From a virus (lineage: Duplodnaviria; Heunggongvirae; Uroviricota; Caudoviricetes): a stretch of 37,091 bases of DNA. The translations under genes were made by a program, and so were the position numbers. Positions within the stretch are counted from its first letter, which is position 1, and each line of letters begins with the position of its first letter. Positions 1-11,678 of this stretch are shown in pieces. The notes under the pieces are model-generated. The model saw nothing but the letters and a program-made list of their open reading frames with translations. It was not told the origin of the DNA and did no database searches. Location of the stretch: IMG/VR virus record IMGVR_UViG_2700989362_000003; one strand, written 5' to 3'.

Positions 1-229
1 GGCAGCGGGCTTGTAATGGGTTAAGTGATAACAGATGTCTGGAAATATAGGGGCAAATCCAATCGTCGCCGTATTCCCGTATTAACAGAGACCGTAGCCC
101 GACGGGGAACTCCTTCTGCGCGAGTGTGCGGGAATAATCAAAAACGATGCACACCGGGGTTACCGGGTACACATATTTCATCATGCCAGCGAGTCCGGTT
201 CTGGCACGGAAGAAACCGGACGTTATGAT

Positions 230-655
230 TTAGTGCGGAAATATTTGTGTAGTGTTCTGTATGTTCTCAGTAAAGAGTAATGAATTATCAAAGGTATAGT
301 AATACCTTTTGTTTTCGTGGATATTTGTAATCCATCTGAAAACCCCTGCTGTAGCAAGATTTTTCCTGTATTCGTAAAATGATAACTCTCCTGATTTGAA
401 TCCTTTTAAGGTGGCTTCTATAAGGCATTTATTTTTTGAAAATCTTACATTTACAACCTTACCCTGTCCTTTTATTAAAACCGTATTATCGTTTTCAAGA
501 ACAAGATGAATATTCTCTGTGGCTAAATAGTAAATGTAATGTGAGACATTGTGACGTTTTAGTTCAGAATAAAACCAGTGATAGTTTAAATTATTTCGCA
601 CTTTATCGAATATTTGTTTAAAAATGGCAACCTGAGCCATTGTAGTACCTTCCAT
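230..655 (-). CDS. hypothetical moron protein, 141 aa, AT-rich (possibly DUF1398/YdfO-like; unverified)
   Basis: Intact 141-codon minus-strand ORF 42 bp downstream of the 77-aa ORF. GC content visibly lower than the flanking phage genes. No catalytic or binding motif recognised by eye. Family assignment is only from the typical gene order next to terminase in lambdoid prophages. Confidence 0.5.
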   Translation of the reverse strand: MEGTTMAQVAIFKQIFDKVRNNLNYHWFYSELKRHNVSHYIYYLATENIHLVLENDNTVLIKGQGKVVNVRFSKNKCLIEATLKGFKSGELSFYEYRKNLATAGVFRWITNIHENKRYYYTFDNSLLFTENIQNTTQIFPH

Positions 656-697
656 GTGATATGAGGGGGCGTAGTCTGCACGATTATCTAAATTGCT

Positions 698-931
698 TCA
701 ATCTGGTCTAACCTGTTTTCTGAGCAATTCAGTAATGTCACTCTTTTCTTTGTTTGCTTCAGGCGAAACTCTTTTTTCTGAGCACAGTCTCCGGCGGCAG
801 GCTTCAATGACCCAGGCTGAGAAATTCCCGGACCCTTTTTGAACAAGAGCGATGTTAATTTGTTCAATCATTTGGTTAGGAAAGCGGATGTTGCGGGTTG
901 TTGTTCTGCGGGTTCTGTTCTTCGTTGACAT
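698..931 (-). CDS. small ribbon-helix-helix-like DNA-binding protein (YnfO/YlcI, DUF3950-type)
   Basis: 77-aa ORF with a basic N-terminal tail (MSTKNRTRRTTTRN) followed by NIRFPNQMIEQINIALVQKGSGNFSAWVIEACRRRL, which has the strand/helix/G-x-S/helix spacing of Arc/Mnt/CopG repressors. Sits divergently next to the terminase small subunit gene, as this family usually does. Confidence 0.6.
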   Translation of the reverse strand: MSTKNRTRRTTTRNIRFPNQMIEQINIALVQKGSGNFSAWVIEACRRRLCSEKRVSPEANKEKSDITELLRKQVRPD

Positions 932-1078
932 GAGGTTGCCCTGTATTCAGTGTCGCTGATTTGTATTGTCTGAAGTTGTTTTTACGTTAAGTTGATGCAG
1001 ATCAATTAATACGATACCTGCGTCATAATTGATTATTTGACGTGGTTTGATGGCGTAGATGCACGTTGTGACATGTAG

Positions 1079-1320
1079 ATGATAATTATTATCATTTTGC
1101 GGGTCCTTTCCGGCGATCCGACAGGTTACGGGGCGGAAGGCGCGCGGGTTTTCGCTATTTATGACAATTTTCCGGTTTAAGGCGTTTCCGTTCTTCTTCG
1201 CCGTAACCTAATGTTTTTATTTAAAACACCCCCTGAAAAGAAAGGAAACGACAGGTGCTGAAAACGGGCTTTTTGGCCTCTGTCGTTTCCTTTCTCTGTT
1301 TTTGTCCGTGGAATGAACAA
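1079..1320 (+). other. cos: cos site region: cosQ-proximal palindrome, cosN and cosB with the Nu1 binding elements
   Basis: Near-identity to the lambda genome end/start junction as I recall it (ACAGGTTACG / GGGCGG... / CGCGGGTTTTCGCTATTTATGA...TTTAAGGCGTTTCCGTTCTTCTTCG). The cosN 12-mer is at 1131..1142. A 17-bp perfect palindrome ATGATAATTATTATCAT is at 1079..1095. Nu1 starts at 1320. Confidence 0.8.
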
Positions 1321-1839
1321 TGGAAGTCAACAAAAAGCAGCTGGCTGACATTTTCGGTGCGAGTATCCGTACCATTCAGAACTGGCAGGAACAGGGAATG
1401 CCCGTTCTGCGAGGCGGTGGCAAGGGTAATGAGGTGCTTTATGACTCTGCCGCCGTTATAAGATGGTATGCCGAAAGGGATGCTGAAATTGAGAACGAAA
1501 AGCTGCGCCGGGAAGTTGAAGAACTGCGGCAGGCCAGCGAGACAGATCTCCAGCCAGGGACTATTGAGTACGAACGCCATCGACTTACGCGTGCGCAGGC
1601 CGACGCACAGGAGCTGAAAAATGCCAGAGACTCCGCTGAAGTGGTGGAAACCGCATTCTGTACTTTCGTGCTGTCGCGGATCGCAGGTGAAATTGCCAGT
1701 ATTCTCGACGGGATCCCCCTGTCGGTGCAGCGGCGTTTTCCGGAACTGGAAAACCGACATGTTGATTTCCTGAAACGGGATATCATCAAAGCCATGAACA
1801 AAGCAGCCGCGCTGGATGAACTGATACCGGGGTTGCTGA

Positions 1840-1865
<26 letters not shown>
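1320..1865 (+). CDS. nu1: terminase small subunit gpNu1
   Basis: 181-aa ORF MEVNKKQLADIFGASIRTIQNWQEQGMPV... matching lambda Nu1 in sequence, length and position immediately after cos. Confidence 0.95.
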
Positions 1866-5546
<3,681 letters not shown>

Positions 5547-5566
<20 letters not shown>

Positions 5567-6866
5567 TCTCCCGCATATTGCCAGCATGGCTTTTAATGAG
5601 CCGCTGATGCTTGAACCCGCCTATGCGCGGGTTTTCTTTTGTGCGCTTGCAGGCCAGCTTGGGATCAGCTGCCTGACGGATGCAGTATCCGGCGACAGCC
5701 TGACTGCCGGAGAGGCACCCGCGGCGCTGGCGTTATCCGGTGATGATGACGGACCACGACAGGCCCGCAGTTATCAGGTAATGAACGGCATCGCCGTGCT
5801 GCCGGTGTCCGGCACGCTGGTCAGCCGGACGCGGGCGCTGCAGCCGTACTCGGGGATGACCGGTTACAACGGCATTATCGCCCGTCTGCAACAGGCTGCC
5901 AGCGACCCGATGGTGGACGGCATTCTGCTCGATATGGACACACCGGGCGGAATGGTGGCGGGAGCATTTGACTGCGCTGACATCATCGCCCGTGTGCGTG
6001 ACATAAAGCCGGTATGGGCGCTGGCCAATGACATGAACTGCAGCGCAGGTCAGCTGCTTGCCAGTGCCGCCTCCCGGCGTCTGGTCACGCAGACCGCCCG
6101 GACAGGCTCCATCGGCGTCATGATGGCTCACAGTAATTACGGCGCTGCACTGGAGAAACAGGGCGTGGAAATCACGCTGATTTACAGCGGCAGCCATAAG
6201 GTGGATGGCAACCCCTACAGCCATCTACCGGATGATGTCCGGGAAACATTGCAGTCCCGGATGGATGCAACCCGCCGGATGTTTGCACAGAAGGTGTCGG
6301 CATATACCGGCCTGTCCGTGCAGGCTGTGCTGGATACCGAGGCTGCAGTGTACAGCGGTCAGGAGGCCATTGATGCCGGACTGGCTGATGAACTTGTTAA
6401 CAGTACCGATGCGATCACCGTCATGCGTGATGCACTGGATGCACGTAAATCCCGTCTCTCAGGAGGGCGAATGACCAAAGAGACTCAATCAACAACTGTT
6501 TCAGCCACTGCTTCGCAGGCTGACGTTACTGGCGTGGTGCAAGCGACGGAGGGCGAGAACGCCAGCGCGGCGCAGCCGGACGTGAACGCGCAGATCACCG
6601 CAGCGGTTGCGGCAGAAAACAGTCGCATTATGGGGATCCTCAACTGTGAGGAGGCTCACGGACGCGAAGAACAGGCACGCGTGCTGGCCGAAACCCCCGG
6701 TATGACCGTGGAAACGGCCCGCCGTATTCTGGCCGCAGCACCACAGAGTGCACAGACGCGCAGTGACACTGCGCTGGATCGTCTGATGCAGGGGGCACCG
6801 GCACCGCTGGCTGCAGGTAACCCGGCATCTGATGCCGTTAACGATTTGCTGAACACACCAGTGTAA
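5547..6866 (+). CDS. C: capsid maturation protease gpC (S49/ClpP-like)
   Basis: The ORF track starts this frame at 5412. Lambda C starts at a GTG that overlaps the B stop, here 5547..5549, giving VTAELRNLPHIASMAFNEPLMLEPAYARV... and 439 aa. Confidence 0.85.
6261..6866 (+). CDS. nu3: scaffolding protein gpNu3 (internal in-frame start within C)
   Basis: In-frame ATG at 6261 (MDATRRMFAQKV...) sharing the C stop at 6866, at the lambda Nu3 position. Nested-gene arrangement is known from lambda. Confidence 0.7.
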   Translation: MDATRRMFAQKVSAYTGLSVQAVLDTEAAVYSGQEAIDAGLADELVNSTDAITVMRDALDARKSRLSGGRMTKETQSTTVSATASQADVTGVVQATEGENASAAQPDVNAQITAAVAAENSRIMGILNCEEAHGREEQARVLAETPGMTVETARRILAAAPQSAQTRSDTALDRLMQGAPAPLAAGNPASDAVNDLLNTPV

Positions 6867-6875
6867 GGGATGTTT

Positions 6876-7208
6876 ATGACGAGCAAAGAAACCTTTACCC
6901 ATTACCAGCCGCTGGGCAATAGTGACCCGGCTCATACCGCAACCGCGCCCGGCGGATTGAGTGCGAAAGCGCCTGCAATGACCCCGCTGATGCTGGACAC
7001 CTCCACCCGTAAGCTGGTTGCGTGGGATGGCACCACCGACGGTGCTGCCGTTGGCATTCTTGCGGTTGCTGCTGACCAGACCAGCACCACACTGACGTTC
7101 TACAAGTCCGGCACGTTCCGTTATGAGGATGTGCTCTGGCCGGAGGCTGCCAGCGACGAGACGAAAAAACGGACCGTGTTTGCCGGAACGGCAATCAGCA
7201 TCGTTTAA
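6876..7208 (+). CDS. D: head decoration protein gpD
   Basis: [27 protein letters not shown]...AISIV, 110 aa. The track ORF starts 2 codons upstream at 6870. Confidence 0.9.
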   Translation: MTSKETFTHYQPLGNSDPAHTATAPGGLSAKAPAMTPLMLDTSTRKLVAWDGTTDGAAVGILAVAADQTSTTLTFYKSGTFRYEDVLWPEAASDETKKRTVFAGTAISIV

Positions 7209-7228
7209 CTTTACCCTTCATCACTAAA

Positions 7229-7250
7229 GGCCGCCTGTGTGGCTTTTTTT
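7229..7250 (+). terminator. stem-loop plus T-run between D and E
   Basis: GGCCGCCTGTGTGGC hairpin (5-bp stem with one G-U pair) followed by TTTTTTT. The equivalent hairpin exists between D and E in lambda. Confidence 0.5.
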
Positions 7251-7263
7251 ACGGGATTTTTTT

Positions 7264-8289
7264 ATGTCGATGTACACAACCGCCCAGCTGCTGGCGGCAA
7301 ATGAGCAGAAATTTAAGTTTGATCCGCTGTTTCTGCGTCTCTTTTTCCGTGAGAGCTATCCCTTCACTACGGAGAAAGTCTATCTCTCACAAATTCCGGG
7401 ACTGGTAAACATGGCGCTGTACGTTTCGCCGATTGTTTCCGGTGAGGTTATCCGTTCCCGTGGCGGCTCCACCTCTGAATTTACGCCGGGATATGTCAAA
7501 CCCAAGCATGAGGTGAATCCGCAGATGACCCTGCGTCGCCTGCCGGATGAAGATCCGCAGAATCTGGCGGACCCGGCTTACCGCCGCCGTCGCATCATCA
7601 TGCAGAACATGCGTGACGAAGAGCTGGCCATTGCTCAGGTCGAAGAGATGCAGGCAGTTTCTGCCGTGCTCAAGGGCAAATACACCATGACCGGTGAAGC
7701 CTTCGATCCGGTTGAGGTGGATATGGGCCGCAGTGCGGCGAACAACATCACACAGTCCGGCGTCACGGAGTGGAGCAAGCGTGACAAGTCCACGTATGAC
7801 CCGACCGACGATATCGAAGCCTACGCGCTGAACGCCAGCGGTGTGGTGAATATCATCGTGTTTGACCCGAAAGGCTGGGCGCTGTTCCGTTCCTTCAAAG
7901 CCGTCAAGGAGAAGCTGGATACCCGTCGCGGCTCTCATTCCGAGCTGGAGACAGCGGTAAAAGACCTGGGCAAAGCGGTGTCCTATAAGGGAATGTATGG
8001 CGATGTGGCCATCGTCGTGTATTCCGGACAGTACGTGGAAAACGGCGTCAAAAAGAACTTCCTGCCGGACAACACGATGGTGCTGGGGAACACTCAGGCT
8101 CGCGGTCTGCGCACCTATGGCTGCATTCAGGATGCGGACGCACAGCGCGAAGGCATTAACGCTTCTGCCCGTTACCCGAAAAACTGGGTGACCACCGGCG
8201 ATCCGGCGCGTGAGTTCACCATGATTCAGTCAGCACCGCTGATGCTGCTGGCTGATCCTGATGAGTTCGTGTCCGTTCAACTGGCGTAA
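7264..8289 (+). CDS. E: major capsid protein gpE
   Basis: MSMYTTAQLLAANEQKFKFDPLFLRLFFRESYPFTTEKVYLSQIPGL..., 341 aa. The track ORF starts 9 codons upstream at 7237. Confidence 0.95.
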   Translation: MSMYTTAQLLAANEQKFKFDPLFLRLFFRESYPFTTEKVYLSQIPGLVNMALYVSPIVSGEVIRSRGGSTSEFTPGYVKPKHEVNPQMTLRRLPDEDPQNLADPAYRRRRIIMQNMRDEELAIAQVEEMQAVSAVLKGKYTMTGEAFDPVEVDMGRSAANNITQSGVTEWSKRDKSTYDPTDDIEAYALNASGVVNIIVFDPKGWALFRSFKAVKEKLDTRRGSHSELETAVKDLGKAVSYKGMYGDVAIVVYSGQYVENGVKKNFLPDNTMVLGNTQARGLRTYGCIQDADAQREGINASARYPKNWVTTGDPAREFTMIQSAPLMLLADPDEFVSVQLA

Positions 8290-8330
8290 TCATGGCCCTT
8301 CGGGGCCATTTTCTCTCTGTGGAGGAGTTC

Positions 8331-8729
8331 ATGACGAAAGATGAACTGATTGCCCGTCTTCAGGAGCTGGGTGAGCAATTGAACCGCGATGTCAGTTTGA
8401 CGGGAACGAAAGAAGAACTGGCGCTTCGTGTGGCAGAGCTGGAAGAAGAGCTTGATGACACGGATGAAACTGCCGGTCAGGACACCCCTCTCAGCCGGGA
8501 AAATGTGCTGACCGGGCATGAAAATGAGGTGGTATCAGCGCAGCCGGATACCGTGATTCAGGATACGGCTGAACTGGTCACGGTCGTGGCACTGGTGACG
8601 CTGCATACTGATGCACTTCACGCCACGCGGGATAAACCTGTGGCATTTGTGCTGCCGGGAACGGCGTTTCGTGTCTCTGCCGGTGTGGCAGCCGAAATGA
8701 CAGAGCGCGGCCTGGCCAGAATGCAATAA
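8331..8729 (+). CDS. FI: DNA packaging/head assembly protein gpFI
   Basis: MTKDELIARLQELGEQLNRDVSLTGTKEELALRVAELEEELDD..., 132 aa, lambda FI position. Confidence 0.9.
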   Translation: MTKDELIARLQELGEQLNRDVSLTGTKEELALRVAELEEELDDTDETAGQDTPLSRENVLTGHENEVVSAQPDTVIQDTAELVTVVALVTLHTDALHATRDKPVAFVLPGTAFRVSAGVAAEMTERGLARMQ

Positions 8730-8740
8730 CGGGAGGCGCT

Positions 8741-9094
8741 GTGGCTGATTTCGATAACCTGTTCGATGCTGCCATTGCCCGCGCCGATGAAACGATACGC
8801 GGGTACATGGGAACGTCAGCCACCATGACATCCGGTGAGCAGTCAGGTGCGGTGATACGTGGTGTTTTTGATGACCCTGAAAATATCAGCTATGCCGGAC
8901 AGGGCGTGCGCGTTGAAGGCTCCAGCCCGTCCCTGTTTGTCCGGACTGATGAGGTGCGGCAGCTGCGGCGTGGAGACACGCTGACCATCGGTGAGGAAAA
9001 TTTCTGGGTAGATCGGGTTTCGCCGGATGATGGCGGAAGTTGTCATCTCTGGCTTGGACGGGGCGTACCGCCTGCCGTTAACCGTCGCCGCTGA
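8741..9094 (+). CDS. FII: head-tail connector protein gpFII
   Basis: 117-aa ORF MADFDNLFDAAIARADETIRGYMG... matching lambda FII. Confidence 0.9.
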   Translation: MADFDNLFDAAIARADETIRGYMGTSATMTSGEQSGAVIRGVFDDPENISYAGQGVRVEGSSPSLFVRTDEVRQLRRGDTLTIGEENFWVDRVSPDDGGSCHLWLGRGVPPAVNRRR

Positions 9095-9105
9095 AAGGGG
9101 GATGT

Positions 9106-9684
9106 ATGGCCATAAAAGGTCTTGAGCAGGCCGTTGAAAACCTCAGCCGTATCAGCAAAACGGCGGTGCCCGGTGCCGCCGCAATGGCCATTAACCGCGT
9201 TGCTTCATCCGCGATATCGCAGTCTGCGTCACAGGTTGCCCGTGAGACAAAGGTACGCCGGAAACTGGTAAAGGAAAGGGCCAGGCTGAAAAGGGCCACG
9301 GTCAAAAATCCGCAGGCCAGAATCAAAGTTAACCGGGGGGATTTGCCCGTAATCAAGCTGGGTAATGCGCGGGTTGTCCTGTCCCGCCGCAGGCGTCATA
9401 AAAAGGGGCAGCGTTCATCCCTGAAAGGTGGCGGCAGCGTGCTTGTGGTGGGTAACCGTCGTATTCCCGGCGCGTTTATTCAGCAACTGAAAAACGGCCG
9501 GTGGCATGTTATGCAGCGTGTGGCCGGGAAAAACCGTTACCCCATTGATGTGGTGAAAATCCCGATGGCGGTGCCGCTGACCACGGCGTTTAAACAGAAT
9601 ATTGAACGGATACGGCGTGAACGTCTTCCGAAAGAGCTGGGCTATGCGCTGCAGCATCAACTGAGAATGGTAATAAAGCGATGA
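9106..9684 (+). CDS. Z: tail completion protein gpZ
   Basis: 192-aa ORF in lambda Z position and length. Confidence 0.9.
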   Translation: MAIKGLEQAVENLSRISKTAVPGAAAMAINRVASSAISQSASQVARETKVRRKLVKERARLKRATVKNPQARIKVNRGDLPVIKLGNARVVLSRRRRHKKGQRSSLKGGGSVLVVGNRRIPGAFIQQLKNGRWHVMQRVAGKNRYPIDVVKIPMAVPLTTAFKQNIERIRRERLPKELGYALQHQLRMVIKR

Positions 9685-10076
9685 AACATACTGAACTCCG
9701 TGCAGCCGTACTGGATGCACTGGAGAAGCATGACACCGGGGCGACGCTTTTTGATGGTCGCCCCGCTGTTTTTGATGAGGAAGATTTTCCGGCAATTGCC
9801 GTTTATCTCACCGGCGCTGAATACACGGGCGAAGAGCTGGACAGCGATACCTGGCAGGCGGAGCTGCATATTGAAGTTTTCCTGCCTGCTCAGGTGCCGG
9901 ATTCAGAGCTGGATTCGTGGATGGAGTCCCGGATTTATCCTGTGATGAGCGATATCCCGGCACTGTCAGATTTGATCACCAGTATGGTGGCCAGCGGCTA
10001 TGACTACCGGCGCGACGATGATGCGGGCCTGTGGAGTTCAGCCGATCTGACTTATGTCATTATCTATGAAATGTGA
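9681..10076 (+). CDS. U: tail terminator protein gpU
   Basis: 131-aa [36 protein letters not shown]... overlapping the Z stop. Confidence 0.9.
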   Translation: MKHTELRAAVLDALEKHDTGATLFDGRPAVFDEEDFPAIAVYLTGAEYTGEELDSDTWQAELHIEVFLPAQVPDSELDSWMESRIYPVMSDIPALSDLITSMVASGYDYRRDDDAGLWSSADLTYVIIYEM

Positions 10077-10083
10077 GGACGCT

Positions 10084-10824
10084 ATGCCTGTACCAAATCC
10101 TACAATGCCGGTGAAAGGTGCCGGGACCACCCTGTGGGTTTATAAGGGGAGCGGTGACCCTTATGCGAACCCGCTTTCAGACGTTGACTGGTCGCGTCTG
10201 GCAAAAGTTAAAGACCTGACGCCCGGCGAACTGACCGCTGAGTCCTATGACGACAGCTATCTCGATGATGAAGATGCAGACTGGACTGCGACCGGGCAGG
10301 GGCAGAAATCTGCCGGAGATACCAGCTTCACGCTGGCGTGGATGCCCGGAGAGCAGGGGCAGCAGGCGCTGCTGGCGTGGTTTAATGAAGGTGATACCCG
10401 TGCCTATAAAATCCGCTTCCCGAACGGCACGGTCGATGTGTTCCGTGGCTGGGTCAGCAGTATCGGTAAGGCGGTGACGGCGAAGGAGGTGATTACCCGC
10501 ACGGTGAAGGTCACCAATGTGGGACGTCCGTCGATGGCAGAAGATCGCAGCACGGTGACGGCGACGACCGGCATGACGGTGACACCCGCCAGTGCTTCCG
10601 TAGTGAAAGGGCAGAGCACCACGCTGACCGTGGCATTCCAGCCGGATGGCGCAACCGACAAGAGCTTCCGTGCGGTGTCTGCGGATAAAACAAAAGCCAC
10701 CGTGTCGGTCAGTGGTATGACCATCACCGTGAAAGGTGTTGCTGCAGGCAAGGTCAACATTCCGGTCGTATCTGGTAATGGTGAGTTTGCTGCGGTTGCA
10801 GAAATCAACGTCACCGCCAGTTAA
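10084..10824 (+). CDS. V: major tail tube protein gpV with C-terminal Ig-like domain
   Basis: [36 protein letters not shown]..., 246 aa. The C-terminal third ([26 protein letters not shown]...) has Big_2-like character. The track ORF starts 10 codons upstream. Confidence 0.95.
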   Translation: MPVPNPTMPVKGAGTTLWVYKGSGDPYANPLSDVDWSRLAKVKDLTPGELTAESYDDSYLDDEDADWTATGQGQKSAGDTSFTLAWMPGEQGQQALLAWFNEGDTRAYKIRFPNGTVDVFRGWVSSIGKAVTAKEVITRTVKVTNVGRPSMAEDRSTVTATTGMTVTPASASVVKGQSTTLTVAFQPDGATDKSFRAVSADKTKATVSVSGMTITVKGVAAGKVNIPVVSGNGEFAAVAEINVTAS

Positions 10825-10839
10825 TCCGGAGAGTCAGCG

Positions 10840-11262
10840 ATGTTCCTGAAAACCGAATCATTTGAACATAACGGTGTGACCGTCACGCTTTCTGAACTGT
10901 CAGCCCTGCAGCGTATTGAGCATCTCGACCTGATGAAACGGCAGGCAGAACAGGCGGAGTCAGACAGCAACCGGAAGTTTACTGTGGAAGACGCCATCAG
11001 AACCGGCGCTTTTGTGGTTGCGATGTCCCTGTGGCATAACCATCCGAAGAAGACGCAGATGCCGTCCATGAATGAAGCCGTTAAACAGATTGAGCAGGAA
11101 GTGCTTACCACCTGGCCCACAGAGGCAATTTCTCATGCTGAAAACGTGGTGTACCGGCTGTCCGGTATGTATGAGTTTGTGGTGAATGATGCTCCTGAAC
11201 AGGCAGAGGACGCCGGGCCTGCAGAGCCTGTTTCTGCGGGAAAGTGTTCGACGGTGAGCTGA
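10840..11262 (+). CDS. G: tail assembly chaperone gpG
   Basis: 140-aa ORF ending ...PAEPVSAGKCSTVS, immediately after V. Confidence 0.9.
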   Translation: MFLKTESFEHNGVTVTLSELSALQRIEHLDLMKRQAEQAESDSNRKFTVEDAIRTGAFVVAMSLWHNHPKKTQMPSMNEAVKQIEQEVLTTWPTEAISHAENVVYRLSGMYEFVVNDAPEQAEDAGPAEPVSAGKCSTVS

Positions 11263-11678
11263 GTTTTGCCCTGAAACTGGCGCGTGAGATGGGGCGACCC
11301 GACTGGCGCGCCATGCTTGCCGGGATGTCATCCACGGAGTATGCCGACTGGCACCGCTTTTACAGTACCCATTATTTTCATGATGTTCTGCTGGATATGC
11401 ACTTTTCCGGGCTGACGTACACCGTGCTCAGCCTGTTTTTCAGCGATCCGGAGATGCATCCGCTGGATTTCAGTCTGCTGAACCGGCGCGAGGCTGACGA
11501 AGAGCCTGAAGATGATGTGCTGATGCAGAAAGCGGCAGGGCTTGCCGGAGGTGTCCGCTTTGGCCCGGACGGGAATGAAGTTATCCCCGCTTCCCCGGAT
11601 GTGGCGGACATGACGGAGGATGACGTAATGCTGATGACAGTATCAGAAGGGATCGCAGGAGGAGTCCGGTATGGCTGA
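10840..11678 (+). CDS. T: tail assembly chaperone gpGT fusion via programmed -1 ribosomal frameshift
   Basis: Slippery heptamer G GGA AAG at 11238..11244 in the G zero frame. The -1 frame continues from 11244 (VFDGELSFALKLAREMGRPDW...) to 11678. Matches the known lambda G/GT mechanism. Confidence 0.85.
11238..11244 (+). promoter_or_regulatory. -1 programmed frameshift slippery site GGGAAAG
   Basis: Heptamer is in the X XXY YYZ register relative to the G reading frame (codons gcG GGA AAG). Confidence 0.85.

Noticed and set aside
190-226. Inverted repeat TCCGGTT...AACCGGA downstream of the 141-aa gene as its terminator
   Set aside because: The stem is short with a 12-nt loop and no U-run follows on the minus strand. 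It may be incidental, and the candidate ORF reading through it argues against termination here.
25-228. 67-aa plus-strand ORF at the window start
   Set aside because: Arg/Gly/Pro-rich translation with no ribosome-binding site, opposite to the local gene orientation, and it overlaps the candidate minus-strand frame. Probably noncoding on this strand.
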